Part shown: in pieces, positions 46,349 to 58,082 of the stretch | How the letters are laid out: each line of letters begins with the position of its first letter | Position numbering within the stretch: position 1 is the first letter of the stretch | Source of the DNA: Nitrospirota bacterium | Lineage (GTDB): Bacteria > Nitrospirota > Leptospirillia > Leptospirillales > Leptospirillaceae | Direction of reading: 5' to 3' | DNA: 64,000 bases | NCBI GenBank assembly: GCA_021826965.1 | Contig: JAKAYA010000008.1 | Coordinates: 3,060 to 67,059, forward strand | Made by a program: the position numbers and the translations under genes | The notes under the pieces: generated by a model | The model's input: only the letters and a program-made list of their open reading frames with translations | What the model was told of the DNA's origin: nothing | Databases searched by the model: none

Positions 46349-48643
46349 CTACCCTTTCTTCCGGGATTTTCCGGATCGCCGTCTTCGACTGTTTTTTCCT
46401 CTCCTTTTCCTCTGGGGCTTTTCCAGGGACTCCGACCCGTTCCCCTGGTCCAGCGCGAACTCGATGCGCAGGCGTTCGGTATCGACCCGCACGACCAGTA
46501 TCTCCACCCTGTCCCCTATGCGATAGATTTTGCGGGATGTTTCGCCTCTCAACAGATGGTGTTTTTCATCGTAAACATAATAGTCGTCGTTAAGAGCCGA
46601 CAGCGGAACCAGTCCCTCCACCAGAACATCGGAAAGTTCAACAAAAAATCCGAACCCGGTCACTCCCGAAACAGTCCCGAAGAATTTTTTTCCGATATGC
46701 TGCCCCATGAAACGGATCTTTTTCAGATCGACAGCCATCCTTTCGGCATCCACCGAGGCCCTTTCCCGTTCCGATGCCTGGAGGGCCACCTGTTCGAGAG
46801 GGTAAAAGGAACCCTCCTCCGGAGAGCATCCGTCCGGAAGATCCAGGAGACGGTGAACAATCATGTCCGGATAGCGCCGGATCGGTGAAGTGAAATGGGT
46901 ATAATCGTCCATCGCGAGACCGAAATGACCGAGCGGATGAACATCGTAGCGGGCTTGCTTGAGGGACCGCAAAACGGAAAAGTGCACCATCTTTTCCAAC
47001 GGAGTTCCCCGCGTCGATTCCAGGACGGCAGAAAGGTCGCTGGCCTTCATCTTTCCGTCCTTGCGCTTGTGGAGCGCAATCCCCAGAGCGCCCAGGAAAA
47101 TCCCCAGAGCTTCGGTTTTTTCCGGAGAAGGGGTTTCATGGACCCGATACATCGCCAGAGAATATCGACGTGTGAGTTCGGTAGCCACGATCCGGTTCGC
47201 CAGGAGCATGAACTCCTCGACCAGCTGGTGGGACAGGTATCGGGGAGACCGGATGATGTCGACCGGTTCTCCTCGCAAATCCAGGACGATCTCCGGTTCC
47301 GGAAGATCGAAATCCAGACTCCCGTTCCGGAATCGTTCTTCCCGGAGTTTCTTTGCCAGATCCCAGAGAGCTCGAAAATGTGAGGAGAATTTCGCCTCCG
47401 GCGAGTCGGTCCTTTCGCCTTCCAGAATGGGATGGACCCGTGAATACGTTGCCCGGAGCCTGCTCCGGATCACGGATCGGAAAATCGCGCTGTCCAGGAC
47501 CTGCCCGGATGCGCTCATCCGGACCATGACGGTCCTTGCCAGACGATCTTCCTCCGGATTCAGGGAGAGAACGCCGTTGGAAAGGACCTCGGGAAACATG
47601 GGAATAACACGATCCGGGAAGTAGACGCTCGTCCCTCTCCGGAAAGCTTCCTTGTCCAGGGCGGATCCCGGAAGCACATAGGCCGACACGTCCGCGATAT
47701 GGATCCCGACCTGGAATGTGCCGTCCGGACTTTCCTCGACGGAAAGGGCATCATCGAAATCCCGGGCCCGGTCGCCGTCGATCGTCATAATTTCCAGGTG
47801 ACGGAGATCCGTTCGCCTGTCCGAAGCGACGATCTCCACTTTTCGCGCCATTTCGTGGGCTTCCTCTTCGACCGGATCGGGGAAAGAAACGGGAAGTCGG
47901 TGCGTCGCGATCACCAGGTCGGTATCGATGGAGGGATCGGCAGGATCTCCGAGAGACCTGGCGATCTTCCCTTCCGGAATATGCCCAGGTTCCGGATACC
48001 GAAGGATATCGATAACCGTCAGATCTCCTTCTTTCATCTTCCCGGTCTCACCGCCCACGACCAGAAACTCATGGGGGATTCTGGGATCGCGCGGAGACAG
48101 GAAATAGCCGCCTTCCAGCTTGTGAAGGATCCCGACGACAGATGTCCTCGCCCGGGAGATGATGTCGACGATCTGCCCTTCGGTCCTCCCACGATGGTCC
48201 GTCCCGATCGAAACCGACAGGACCTTGTCCTGGTGCATGGCTCCCCCCGTCGATCCGGGAGGGACATACAAATCTTCCCTCATGCCTTCCGTCGCGACGA
48301 AACCATAACCGTCCGGATGGGACAGGAAAATCCCCTCCCGGAAGTGCAGCTTGTCCGGCAACCCCGCATATCCCCCCTTCAGAAGAATCACCTTCTTCTC
48401 TGAAACAAGGCGATCCAGGGCATGCATGATCTCGTTTCTTTCCTTTTTTTTCTTGAGGACAGCTTCCACGAGTTTGTCGCTCCGGACCGGTTTCTGTGCC
48501 TCCTCTTTCAAATAGACCAGAATTCTCTCTTCCGGAGAAACGACTTGCTCTCCTGCCTTGTCTTTTGCCACCGTTCCTCCGGCATTCTTCATCCAGCTTC
48601 CGCTTTTTCTTCTGTGCATCCGGTCACGCACCCGGCGCCGCAT
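46349..48643 (-). CDS. rnr: ribonuclease R
   Basis: HPDGYGF, TIDGDRARDFDDA, HFTSPIRRYPD, S1 domain, basic tail; start may be near 48592. Confidence 0.95.
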   Translation of the reverse strand: MRRRVRDRMHRRKSGSWMKNAGGTVAKDKAGEQVVSPEERILVYLKEEAQKPVRSDKLVEAVLKKKKERNEIMHALDRLVSEKKVILLKGGYAGLPDKLHFREGIFLSHPDGYGFVATEGMREDLYVPPGSTGGAMHQDKVLSVSIGTDHRGRTEGQIVDIISRARTSVVGILHKLEGGYFLSPRDPRIPHEFLVVGGETGKMKEGDLTVIDILRYPEPGHIPEGKIARSLGDPADPSIDTDLVIATHRLPVSFPDPVEEEAHEMARKVEIVASDRRTDLRHLEIMTIDGDRARDFDDALSVEESPDGTFQVGIHIADVSAYVLPGSALDKEAFRRGTSVYFPDRVIPMFPEVLSNGVLSLNPEEDRLARTVMVRMSASGQVLDSAIFRSVIRSRLRATYSRVHPILEGERTDSPEAKFSSHFRALWDLAKKLREERFRNGSLDFDLPEPEIVLDLRGEPVDIIRSPRYLSHQLVEEFMLLANRIVATELTRRYSLAMYRVHETPSPEKTEALGIFLGALGIALHKRKDGKMKASDLSAVLESTRGTPLEKMVHFSVLRSLKQARYDVHPLGHFGLAMDDYTHFTSPIRRYPDMIVHRLLDLPDGCSPEEGSFYPLEQVALQASERERASVDAERMAVDLKKIRFMGQHIGKKFFGTVSGVTGFGFFVELSDVLVEGLVPLSALNDDYYVYDEKHHLLRGETSRKIYRIGDRVEILVVRVDTERLRIEFALDQGNGSESLEKPQRKRRGKNSRRRRSGKSRKKG

Positions 48644-49323
48644 GAAAATTTCTTGCTACGGGCGGGAACCCGGATCTCTTCTAAAGTGTCTCTCTCTTGC
48701 TATCCTAGCATGAATTTCCCGGAAGGAACCGCTCCTGGTTTCTGAACGCTTGAACTCTTCTGTTGCATTCCGTTTATTTCTTATTTTAGAATGCATTTGC
48801 GAAATTTGCATTTTTCGAGTAGGATTCCGACGTTACTTGCGCTTGGTTCAAGCCAATAACCCGGACACAAGAAGGGGCTGAAGTTAAAAGAGCGGCGTTC
48901 CCGGCACTTCCGCCGAAAAACTAAAGAGAATGAAAGACTCCTCCCTGTCTCCTTTTCCTGAAGACGCGGCGAAGCGGAAACACAGTTTCTGCTTCATGCG
49001 GCAGAAGGTTGTGTACCGTCGAGAACAAAATCCAACCGGTGGGCCTGTGTCAGGCAATCCAACCGAAAGGCTTTCCTGTCTTCGCCCGACATATTTCCGG
49101 TTGCGAACTTTTTTTATCGCGATCCTGTCATCCGTTTCGACTCCAAGGGAAAAAATCGCAGTCAATCTCCATTTTTTGCAGGTCAACAGCCAAGGGAGCC
49201 TGACAAAAGGCGTCCGTTCCGGTGACAGAACCTTCCGATGTTCTCCGGCGAACGTATCTCAACACCATCAAATCCCGGGCAATCACTTTTACATGCGGAC
49301 ACATATCCCATCAGGAGGAACTC

Positions 49324-49797
49324 ATGTCCCGTAACCTTTCGCGTCATTTTTCCCGTCTGGTCCTCTCGATGCTGGCCATCGCGGGATCCTTTGCCCTTTT
49401 CTCCGCTCCGAAAATCGTGATGGCGGACAATCCTGCGGCGGCGCCAGCTCCCCAGACATCCGCTCCGGCTGCCCCGGCGAAAAAACCGATGGCCATGAAG
49501 AAAATGAAACCGGCCGTCAAGAAACACGTCAAGAAAGCTTCCTACAAGGGCCCATCCTTCGCAGGAAGGGTCGTCGCAACGGATCTCTCTTCGACTCCTG
49601 CCACCATTGTCGTTTCCCGGACCCTGGGCAAGAAGAATGGGACCATCGTGTTTGGCGGAGACCTGACGTCCCGCACGGTCATCATGAAGGGCCACAAACG
49701 CGTCAAGGCTTCCGCGATCAAAAGCGGACAGCGGGTCGTTGTTCATTACAGAAAAGGCATGGGCTCCCTGACGGTCACGTCCGTCTGGATCCGTTAG
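49324..49797 (+). CDS. secreted basic (Lys/Ala/Pro-rich) protein with OB-fold-like C-terminus
   Basis: AGGAGG RBS, signal peptide, APAAPAKKPMAMKKMKPAVKKHVKK. Confidence 0.7.
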   Translation: MSRNLSRHFSRLVLSMLAIAGSFALFSAPKIVMADNPAAAPAPQTSAPAAPAKKPMAMKKMKPAVKKHVKKASYKGPSFAGRVVATDLSSTPATIVVSRTLGKKNGTIVFGGDLTSRTVIMKGHKRVKASAIKSGQRVVVHYRKGMGSLTVTSVWIR

Positions 49798-49930
49798 GCC
49801 TGTCGTCCGTAAAACGCCCCGGCATCCGGAAGCAACCCGTTTCCGGAGCAACGATATACAGAAACAGGAGATGTTTCCGGTCTGAAACCGGAGATAATGA
49901 CCAATCCATCCTACTTTTAAGGAGTCATCG

Positions 49931-50470
49931 ATGCGCTTCAACAAAACGCTTATGGGTCTGTCCGTTCTTTTCGCGGGAATCCTCGTCACCGGAGGTTGTG
50001 CTTCTACAAACGGAGCCGGCTCAGGCACCCAGTCCAACACGACCGAATCGACTCCGGCCCCTGCTCCGGCTCCCGCTCCGGAAACGTCGAACGCGTCGTC
50101 CACCCAGTCTGACATCGAATCCACCCTGTCCCAGGATATTACATACGGGTTCGACAAGTCCGTCCTGACCAGCGAAGACCGCCGCATTCTCAAGAAAGAC
50201 GCAGCCATCCTGAACGCCAACCCCACCGTTCATGTCATGATCGCCGGACATGCGGACGAACGCGGAACAGATACCTACAATATCGTTCTCGGTCAGAAGA
50301 GAGCCAAGGCGGCCATGATGTACCTGGTGAACCTCGGAATCAAGAAAGACCGCATCAAGATCGTGTCTTACGGCAAGAGATCGATCCCCGGCTACGACCT
50401 TTGCTCGGATCACAACGAGCAGTGCTGGACCAAAAACCGGGTTGCCCACTTCATGAAGATCACGATGTAA
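49931..50470 (+). CDS. pal: peptidoglycan-associated lipoprotein (OmpA family)
   Basis: VTGGC lipobox, YGFDKS, GHADERGTDTYNIVLGQKRA, VSYGK, KNR. Confidence 0.9.
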   Translation: MRFNKTLMGLSVLFAGILVTGGCASTNGAGSGTQSNTTESTPAPAPAPAPETSNASSTQSDIESTLSQDITYGFDKSVLTSEDRRILKKDAAILNANPTVHVMIAGHADERGTDTYNIVLGQKRAKAAMMYLVNLGIKKDRIKIVSYGKRSIPGYDLCSDHNEQCWTKNRVAHFMKITM

Positions 50471-50492
50471 TTCTGCCGGACCCGTATTATCG

Positions 50493-50520
50493 AAAGGGGG
50501 CTTCGGCCCCCTTTTTTTTT
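50493..50520 (+). terminator. rho-independent terminator
   Basis: AAAGGGGGC-TTCG-GCCCCC followed by a T run. Confidence 0.9.
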
Positions 50521-50818
50521 AACCTGCCATCATTCCTTCTCCGACTTGAGTCGGACAAGAAATTGTGGCATCGTTAAACACCGTTCGTTGACAACCGGAG
50601 TCGGGAGGCCGTACCGAAGAGATCCTTTTTCGACAGACGGCGACCCGCCTCTCTCCTTCGTTATCGCCTTCTCCCGGAAGCGGGCCAGGGTAAAAGGTGG
50701 ATTTCCCAGCCTTTCGGCGTTCCCGGACGAATAAAATTCGCTACTGGAACCTCTTTCTCCTCTCTCGCAACCGGGAGCCAGGCCGCTTCCCATAACCTCC
50801 ACTGTCAAAGGAAGACCG

Positions 50819-51517
50819 ATGCCGATTGCCGACTCAACGCGAAATTGTTTCCGCAGGGCCATCCTCCCGACCCTTTTTCTGACAGCACTGTCCGCATGCG
50901 CGCATGAACCCGGACAGAAATCCCTGGCTCCGGGCCCGGAGGATTCGAACCGTCTTCCGGGGATCATTGTCAGCGGACATATGAAAGCTTTCCATCCCCA
51001 GAAGAAAGTTTCGTCCCCTGCACAAATTTATTCCACACCGCCGGCAACGTCACCGGTGAAGACGGCCCATTCCGTACGGCCCCTCCCGAAAACGGCCCGC
51101 GTCCATCCTCCCAGGCGCCTTCCGCTGCAAAAGAAAATCTTCTTCGCATTCAACTCAAAAAGGATTTCCTACGCCAATCTTTCCGTTCTTCATGCTTATG
51201 CGAAGCTCCTCCGGACGCATCCACGGCTTTCCATCCGTTTATATGGCCATACGGATCCGGTCGGCGGCAAGGGATTCAACCAGAAACTGGGACTTCAACG
51301 CGCGTTGGCGGCCAAGAAGGTGCTTCTGGCGGCAAAAGTGCCCGCCGGCCGCATTCTCGTTTTTTCCGAGGGGAAAAGGCAGTTTTCAGGATTTCCGGGA
51401 TGCAAGAGGCCGAATCCGGTTTGTTATGCGCGGGACAGGGCTGTGCAGATCAAAGTGGTAAAGAGGAAAATCCCTTCCGGTATTTCAAAAATCCATAGAT
51501 TAAAAAAAAGGAAATGA
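50819..51517 (+). CDS. OmpA-family lipoprotein
   Basis: LSAC lipobox, IFFAFNS, GHTDPVG..NQKLGLQRA. Confidence 0.82.
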   Translation: MPIADSTRNCFRRAILPTLFLTALSACAHEPGQKSLAPGPEDSNRLPGIIVSGHMKAFHPQKKVSSPAQIYSTPPATSPVKTAHSVRPLPKTARVHPPRRLPLQKKIFFAFNSKRISYANLSVLHAYAKLLRTHPRLSIRLYGHTDPVGGKGFNQKLGLQRALAAKKVLLAAKVPAGRILVFSEGKRQFSGFPGCKRPNPVCYARDRAVQIKVVKRKIPSGISKIHRLKKRK

Positions 51518-51935
51518 TAAAAATCGCACAGGAAAAAACAGCGCTCCCGACAATGAAAGGCCAGAGGACCAGCTTGACCTGGGATATGACCGCTTTGTAG
51601 GGCATCCTTGAAAGGGCCGAGAGAGAGGGGAAATTCAGTTTTTTCTCCAACAGGCGGGCGCCCAGATTGATCTCAAGGACATAGGACGGCAAGAAGACGG
51701 GGACGAAGGTCCAGGGATTGTTGATCCAGGTCCCCAGAACCGCCAAAGGAACAGAGACTCTCAACAGATACCCCAAGCCCATCACAAGGAGCGTGTGAAA
51801 CCCGAAGGGAGGAAGAAAGGCCGCGGCAAAACCCAGAGCCATCGCCAGGGACACCTTTGCCGGATCGGGATCGCTCTGCACCAGTTGCCGCAGTCTCTCT
51901 TTCCATCCGTTGTATCGGTTATCGGGTATGGTCAA
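51450..51935 (-). CDS. DUF2062 membrane protein
   Basis: KVSLAMALG..PPFGFHT, GTWINNPWT; start uncertain. Confidence 0.8.
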   Translation of the reverse strand: MTIPDNRYNGWKERLRQLVQSDPDPAKVSLAMALGFAAAFLPPFGFHTLLVMGLGYLLRVSVPLAVLGTWINNPWTFVPVFLPSYVLEINLGARLLEKKLNFPSLSALSRMPYKAVISQVKLVLWPFIVGSAVFSCAIFIISFFLIYGFLKYRKGFSSLPL

Positions 51936-52947
51936 ATCCCGTCCTTTCCAGGCGAACCGGTCGCCTGTTCTGTCCCTGGATCGTGACAGAGGCCATTTCG
52001 GCCCCTGACTCCCGTGCAACAACTTCACCCAACCGGATCAGCCTGTCCGGCTCTTCGCGGATCTGCTGTTCGATACGGGCCACCGCCGCATCGTTCCCCA
52101 TCCCCGGTCGGACCGCCAGAAGAACATCGTAGTCCTCGCCTCCCTCCCACGCCATAGAAAAGGGATCCTCGCCCAGAATTCTCGCCGGAACTTCCAGGTG
52201 GTCCAGCCAGTTTTCCGGAGGTTCCAGGATAACGGAGACTCCGGATTGGTCCGCCATGGCAAAAACAGCCTGTCCGAGTCCGTCGGAGGTGTCCATCGTC
52301 GCGACCAACCCGGATTCGGAGGTGACCAGACCGGCAAACCATGGGTAGATTCGAGGACGACGAAAAGCCGAAACGCATTCTGCCAGATCCCCGCGCCCGG
52401 ACAGTCCCGACAGGAACGCTCCGTAGCCCGCTCTCGCAATTCCGGGTCTTCCGAGCAGGTAGAGCCAATCGCCGGGAACCAGCCTGTCCCTCGCCGGAAA
52501 ACACCCTTCCGGAGAACGGGCCAAAAGCGACAGAACGGCATCAAATTGTCCCGTCGACCGGGAAATATCCCCCCCTACGACCGGACAGTCGAAGCGACGA
52601 CAAGCCTCTCCTAGGCCATCATAAAAGGAAAACAGGGTCTCTTCCGGAAAGCCCTCCGGGACACCCAGCGCGACCAGGGCCGCAACAGGGCTCCCTCCCT
52701 TCACATAAATATCGCTCAGGTTGACCACGAGAAGCCGGTACCCCGAGTCCCGGGGGGTCATCCATTCCCAGCGGAAATGGACACCTTCTCTCTGGCTGTC
52801 CGTGGTCCAGAGAAGGTTTCCCGACCCCGGAGAGGGAAAGCAGGCCACGTCATCGCCGATTCCACGAAGGATTCTCGCCGGCAAAGGTCCCAGTCGTTCG
52901 GAAAACGCCTTTATCCAGTCAGATTCCATGACGGGTTTTTGTTTCAT
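51919..52947 (-). CDS. thiL: thiamine-monophosphate kinase
   Basis: GIGDDVA, TTD..EGVHF, VNLSDI, VGGD, DTSDGL, GGEDY. Confidence 0.9.
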   Translation of the reverse strand: MKQKPVMESDWIKAFSERLGPLPARILRGIGDDVACFPSPGSGNLLWTTDSQREGVHFRWEWMTPRDSGYRLLVVNLSDIYVKGGSPVAALVALGVPEGFPEETLFSFYDGLGEACRRFDCPVVGGDISRSTGQFDAVLSLLARSPEGCFPARDRLVPGDWLYLLGRPGIARAGYGAFLSGLSGRGDLAECVSAFRRPRIYPWFAGLVTSESGLVATMDTSDGLGQAVFAMADQSGVSVILEPPENWLDHLEVPARILGEDPFSMAWEGGEDYDVLLAVRPGMGNDAAVARIEQQIREEPDRLIRLGEVVARESGAEMASVTIQGQNRRPVRLERTGFDHTR

Positions 52948-55369
52948 CGGAAAAAACCCGGTCGAATACCTGTTCCATTCGCTGGACGGGCGTAATCCGG
53001 AGAGCGTTTTTGACTTCCATCGGGATATCGCAAAGATCCCGTTCATTGTCTTCCGGAATCAGAACTTCTTTCATTAAAAAACGGCGGGCGGCCAACAGTT
53101 TTTCCTTCAGTCCACCGATAGGGAGAATCCGGCCACGGAGCGTGATTTCTCCTGTCATGGCGATATCTCCCCGAACTGCGCGGTTCGTTGCCGCGGACGC
53201 CATCGCAACCGCCATGGTGATGCCGGCAGAAGGGCCGTCCTTGGGAATCGCTCCTTCGGGAACGTGCAGGTGGATATCTTTTCGCGACCAGAAATCGGCC
53301 GAAACTCCGGTCGATTCGGCGTGGGAACGGACATACGTCAGGGCGGCCTGTGCCGACTCCTGCATCACTTCCCCCAGTTTTCCGGTCACTTTCAGATTTC
53401 CCCGGCCTTTCATCAAGGTGGCCTCGACAAACAGAAGATCCCCTCCGGTCGGCGTCCAGGCCAGTCCCCGAACAACCCCCACCATCGGCTTCTCTTCTTC
53501 GGGAGTCTCGCGGAAAGGCGGCTGCCCCAGCCAGATCGACAACGTTTCCGGACCAATCCGGAACGTTTTCTGTTTCCCTTCCAGGAGACCGACCGCGACT
53601 TTACGGCAAAGCCCTCCCAGACGCCGTTCCAGGGAACGCACGCCCGACTCCCGTGTATACTCCCGTATCAGTCTTTCCAGAGCGGTGTCGGACAAAATCG
53701 CCTGCCGCGGAGCAATCCCATTTTCTTTCCGCTGGCGGGGCCACAGATGTTCGCGTGCGATCGCTTTTTTTTCCTCTTCGGTATATCCCGGTATCTCGAT
53801 AACTTCGAGTCGGTCGAGCAAGGGGGGAGGAAGGGTGTCCAGGACGTTGGCCGTCGCCAGAAAAAGAACGTGGGACAAATCGTAGGGCAGGTTCAGGTAA
53901 TGGTCGCTGAAATTTTTGTTCTGGCGAGGATCCAGGACCTCCAGGAGAGCGCTGTAGGGATCCCCCCGGAAATCCGTCGCCATCTTGTCGATCTCGTCGA
54001 GCATGAACACCGGATCCGGCACACCGGCCTGCCGCATTCCCTGCAGGATTCTTCCGGGAAGGGATCCCACATAGGTTCGACGATGTCCCCGAATTTCCGC
54101 TTCGTCGCGGATTCCTCCCAGAGATAGCCGGACAAAGGGGCGTCCCAGCGCTTTTGCAACCGATTCCCCCAGAGAGGTCTTTCCCACGCCCGGAGGTCCC
54201 ACGAAACACAGAATCGGAGGTTTTCCCTCCGGATTCAGGATCCGGACGGCCAAATACTCGAGCAACCGCTCCTTGACCTTCCGGAGACCGAGATGATCCT
54301 TGTCCAATATCCTTTGAGCGCGGGAAATGTCGATCTTTCGTGCCGGTGGCTTCTGCCAGGGAAGGTCCATGATCCATTCGAGATAGGAGCGGACAACCCC
54401 CGACTCGGACGACTCCGGATGCAGACGTGCCAGTTTTCCGAACTGACGACGCGCTTCTTCACGGGCTGCAGGCGAGAGTTCCAGCGTTTCGATCTTGTCG
54501 GACAGGGCCGCCAGTTCGTCCGTTTCCTCCGAGGCTTCCCCGAGTTCTTTGCGGATGGCCTTCAACTGTTCCCGCAAGAAATATTCTCTTTGAGAACGAT
54601 CGATCTCTCCCTTGGCATCCATCTGGATCTTCCGCTTGGCGTCGAGAAGGGAAATTTCCCGGTTCAGAAAATACAATACGCGGGACAACCGCCTCGTCGG
54701 AGAGCGGTTCTCATAGATCTTTTGAAGATCCGGCGTCTTGAGCGCCAGGTTTGCCACCACAAGGTAGGCCAGAGTTCCTGGATCTTCGATCGACCGGATC
54801 ACGGACAAAAGGTCCGGAGAGAGAAGGGGGTTGAGGCGAAAGAGCTGCTCGGACTGTTCCAGCACCCGCCGGACAAGAGCCTCCACCTGGATGGTCCTGG
54901 AAGGAAGGGTATCCGGCCACGGAACAAATCGCACGAGGTCGAAAGGCTCCCTGGAAATCCAGCGACTGATCCGGGCCCGGAAGAGTCCATGAAGCAAAAC
55001 CCTCGATCGCCCGTCCACCCCCCGGAAGTTCTTGGCGACCGCACAGACCGTTCCGACGGCGTGGACCGGATCTCCTTTTCCCTCTACCTCTTCCATATTC
55101 CGCTCGGCAGAGACAAAAAGAAGGCGGCTTTCGGCGAGCGATGCTTCCAGGGCGAGAACAGATCGGGGCTTTGACACGACGATCGGGACGACCATGTTCG
55201 GAAAGATCACCATATCCCGGGAACTGATGCAGGGCAAGGCTTCCGGAAGACTCTCGGGCTTTGCGGGAACATCTTTCGGCAAATCATCGTCGAGAGCCCA
55301 AAAAACGCGTTCCGGATCCGGAGTTCTCTCCTCGTCTTCTTCCTGCGGATCAAAAAACGAGACTCTCAT
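52919..55369 (-). CDS. lon: ATP-dependent protease Lon
   Basis: [33 protein letters not shown]. Confidence 0.96.
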   Translation of the reverse strand: MRVSFFDPQEEDEERTPDPERVFWALDDDLPKDVPAKPESLPEALPCISSRDMVIFPNMVVPIVVSKPRSVLALEASLAESRLLFVSAERNMEEVEGKGDPVHAVGTVCAVAKNFRGVDGRSRVLLHGLFRARISRWISREPFDLVRFVPWPDTLPSRTIQVEALVRRVLEQSEQLFRLNPLLSPDLLSVIRSIEDPGTLAYLVVANLALKTPDLQKIYENRSPTRRLSRVLYFLNREISLLDAKRKIQMDAKGEIDRSQREYFLREQLKAIRKELGEASEETDELAALSDKIETLELSPAAREEARRQFGKLARLHPESSESGVVRSYLEWIMDLPWQKPPARKIDISRAQRILDKDHLGLRKVKERLLEYLAVRILNPEGKPPILCFVGPPGVGKTSLGESVAKALGRPFVRLSLGGIRDEAEIRGHRRTYVGSLPGRILQGMRQAGVPDPVFMLDEIDKMATDFRGDPYSALLEVLDPRQNKNFSDHYLNLPYDLSHVLFLATANVLDTLPPPLLDRLEVIEIPGYTEEEKKAIAREHLWPRQRKENGIAPRQAILSDTALERLIREYTRESGVRSLERRLGGLCRKVAVGLLEGKQKTFRIGPETLSIWLGQPPFRETPEEEKPMVGVVRGLAWTPTGGDLLFVEATLMKGRGNLKVTGKLGEVMQESAQAALTYVRSHAESTGVSADFWSRKDIHLHVPEGAIPKDGPSAGITMAVAMASAATNRAVRGDIAMTGEITLRGRILPIGGLKEKLLAARRFLMKEVLIPEDNERDLCDIPMEVKNALRITPVQRMEQVFDRVFSDETKTRHGI

Positions 55370-56265
55370 TCCTTCTCTGCCTCCATCGATGAACGCGGAC
55401 GAAGAAGACCTTCCAGATACCGCCTGAACGTCGCTCCCATATCGGGACTTTTGAGGCCGAATTGCACCGTGGCTTTTAAGAATCCCAGTTTGTCCCCTGT
55501 ATCGTAGCGGTTCCCCTGCACTTCGCAGGCATATACAGGCCTTTTTTCCGAAAGAGTCCGAAGGGCGTCCGTCAGCTGAATTTCCCCACCGATTCCCGGG
55601 TTTTGTGTTTCGAGAATATCAAAGATATCCGGAGTCAGGATATATCGTCCGATGATTGCCAGGTTGGAGGGCGCTTCCGAAGGTGACGGCTTTTCCACCA
55701 GGGAAGACACCCGGATCATCCCGTTTCCGATCGCTTGACCTGACACGATCCCGTAGGAGGAGACCTCCGCGTCCGGCACCTTCTGTACGCCGATGACAGG
55801 CCCATCAAGCTTTCCAAACATGTTCACCAGTTGCAAAAGAGCCGGGGCGGGCCCGTCGATCACCTCGTCGCCCAGCGCAACGGCAAACGGCTCCTCTCCG
55901 ATCAGGAGTCTCCCGCAGAGAACGGCATGCCCGAGTCCGCGAGACTCCTTCTGCCGGGTGTAGACGATTTCCGCCAGGGAGGAGATCCGCCGAACTTCTT
56001 CCAGAAGCGCCATTTTCCCTTTCTGGCGGAGAACGTCTTCAAGCTCGTAGGAAATGTCGAAATGATCTTCGATGGCCCGTTTTCCCCGGCCGGTAATCAT
56101 GACGATTTCGTTGATTCCGGACGCCACGGCTTCCTCCACCACATACTGGACAACAGGCTTGTCCACAAGAGGCAGCATCTCCTTTGGTGACGCTTTCGTC
56201 ATTGGCAAAAATCGGGTCCCGTGACCCGCCAGAGGAAAAAGGGCCTTTCGAATGTCTCCGGTCAA
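55366..56265 (-). CDS. galU: UTP--glucose-1-phosphate uridylyltransferase
   Basis: [32 protein letters not shown]. Confidence 0.95.
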   Translation of the reverse strand: MTGDIRKALFPLAGHGTRFLPMTKASPKEMLPLVDKPVVQYVVEEAVASGINEIVMITGRGKRAIEDHFDISYELEDVLRQKGKMALLEEVRRISSLAEIVYTRQKESRGLGHAVLCGRLLIGEEPFAVALGDEVIDGPAPALLQLVNMFGKLDGPVIGVQKVPDAEVSSYGIVSGQAIGNGMIRVSSLVEKPSPSEAPSNLAIIGRYILTPDIFDILETQNPGIGGEIQLTDALRTLSEKRPVYACEVQGNRYDTGDKLGFLKATVQFGLKSPDMGATFRRYLEGLLRPRSSMEAEKE

Positions 56266-56283
56266 ATGTCTCTCCTTTCCCTT

Positions 56284-56898
56284 TCAGACATCATACGAGC
56301 GTTTCGGGATCAGTGTCGCGGCCAGGGCAACGATTTCAGAAATCCTCTCTTTCAATGCCGCTTCAGGCAGGTCGCCCGGAAGAACGATTCGGGCTTTCCG
56401 GAGCCTCTCCTCCCTGGGAATCTGAACGGATATGCGTCTCCGGGCCTCTTCCGGAGTCATATGATCCCTTTTGGACAGCCGGGACAATTGCACCTGTTCG
56501 GGGACATCCACGACGACTGTCAGATCCATTTCCCGGTCGAGACCCGTTTCGAAAAGAAGGGGAACCTCGTAGACCGCCAGAGGGCTTTTTCCTTCGAGGC
56601 TTCCGATCTTGCGGACAAAAAGCTCGCGGATGGGGGGGTGCAGAATACCTTCCAGAACTTTCCGGTCCTTGTCCGAGGAAAACACCTTTTTCCCGAGAGC
56701 CTTTCTGTCCAGCGTCCCATCTTCAAGAAAAACATCGGGAAAAGCCTCCCGGACAAGCTCGAAGGAACGGGTTCCCGGCAGAACCGCTTCGCGCGCCAAC
56801 TGATCGGAATGAATCACCGGAATACCCGCTTCTTCGAAATAGCGGGCTACATGGGACTTTCCGGCAGCGATCCCGCCGGTCAATCCGATGACAATCAT
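56284..56898 (-). CDS. coaE: dephospho-CoA kinase
   Basis: IGLTGGIAAGKS, LDRKAL, ILHP, VPLLFE. Confidence 0.92.
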   Translation of the reverse strand: MIVIGLTGGIAAGKSHVARYFEEAGIPVIHSDQLAREAVLPGTRSFELVREAFPDVFLEDGTLDRKALGKKVFSSDKDRKVLEGILHPPIRELFVRKIGSLEGKSPLAVYEVPLLFETGLDREMDLTVVVDVPEQVQLSRLSKRDHMTPEEARRRISVQIPREERLRKARIVLPGDLPEAALKERISEIVALAATLIPKRSYDV

Positions 56899-57365
56899 CC
56901 GGAACGGCCAGAGCGTGGAGATTGTCCCGACGTTCCGTCCGGACGGAACGCTTCGCGGGACTTCGCCTCCATCCGGACGAAATAACGACGTCCCGACTCG
57001 GCTTCGATTCCCAGAATCAGAGCTCCCGTCACCAGACCGCCGGCTTCGAAAAGGTGGGGCTTCAAAAGCGGATCCCCGAGCGGAGACCAGACGATCCACA
57101 AAAGACGGAACACACCTCCGACAGCCATGGAGATCGCGATGCCCAGAAGGACCATCGTCTCTTTCCTGTGCAGCCATCGTACCATAAAGCTCCACATGAT
57201 CAGGGCGACCAGAGCGACAAGAAGAAGGAGTTCGGGAACAACGAGACCCGCGTGTCGCAGCCGCGGCGGCAGTCCCAGGAATCGCTCCAGAATCCAGAAC
57301 ATATCCAGGATTCCCGGAAGGGCGACGATGAAAATCGTCATCCGCGTCCGAAACGGAAGAATCAT
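56895..57365 (-). CDS. multi-TM membrane protein
   Basis: four hydrophobic segments; ATGA overlaps at both ends. Confidence 0.7.
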   Translation of the reverse strand: MILPFRTRMTIFIVALPGILDMFWILERFLGLPPRLRHAGLVVPELLLLVALVALIMWSFMVRWLHRKETMVLLGIAISMAVGGVFRLLWIVWSPLGDPLLKPHLFEAGGLVTGALILGIEAESGRRYFVRMEAKSREAFRPDGTSGQSPRSGRSG

Positions 57366-58051
57366 GGGGCACTCCCTTTCGCCGGAGCCGGAGGAGTCAG
57401 ACGGGGACGAGCGGCCGAACCCGGTTTCAGCAAACCTTTCTCTTCAAGCTCCCCTCTCCGGATAATCTTTTCAAAGAAGAGCCGCTGACGGTTCTGGGGA
57501 TCGAGCTCCAGACCCTTGCGAAAATAGGGCATGGCGTCCCGGGATGTTCCCTGCGTCCACAGGATGGACCCAAGAGCGAAATATGGCTCGGGCTGATCCG
57601 GATCGTATCCGATCGCCTCTTTCAGTTCCTTGATCGATGGCCCGATGGCCTTCACCATCCTCAACGCCATTCCCAGCTTGAAATGCGCCAATGCCATATG
57701 AGGATACTGGCGGACGATGCCCTCATAAAACCGGATAGCCCCATTGTAGTCTCCTTTCGCCACCATCCGGTCTCCCGGCGCGAATGGATAGGGGACCTTC
57801 CGGGGAGAACTGAGATGAACGAAATATCCGATGTAAACGACCAGGTAGACAACCAGACCGAACCATCCGATCCGCGCCCACTTCTTGACCCGTTCTTCCG
57901 ATATTGTCCCCCGGGATTTGCGGACGATCATTCCCGTACCGATTGCCGCCAATACGATGGCCAGAAAGGCGGTTCCGACGCCGAGTCCCAAAAGAGACAG
58001 ATTCATACCCTCCAGAAGGGCATGCCGATCCGCACTTCCCTGAATTTCCAT
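57362..58051 (-). CDS. membrane-anchored TPR protein
   Basis: two TM helices then TPRs (AHFKLGMAL, PYFALGSIL, GLELDP). Confidence 0.8.
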   Translation of the reverse strand: MEIQGSADRHALLEGMNLSLLGLGVGTAFLAIVLAAIGTGMIVRKSRGTISEERVKKWARIGWFGLVVYLVVYIGYFVHLSSPRKVPYPFAPGDRMVAKGDYNGAIRFYEGIVRQYPHMALAHFKLGMALRMVKAIGPSIKELKEAIGYDPDQPEPYFALGSILWTQGTSRDAMPYFRKGLELDPQNRQRLFFEKIIRRGELEEKGLLKPGSAARPRLTPPAPAKGSAP

Positions 58052-58082
58052 TCCCTGGCCTTTCCCTATTCCACCCGTCCGG

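Noticed and set aside
56899-57372. N-terminal extension of coaE in the ORF track (362 aa)
   Set aside because: The extension overlaps a separate membrane protein gene in another frame; CoaE homology starts at MIVIGLTGG (56898)
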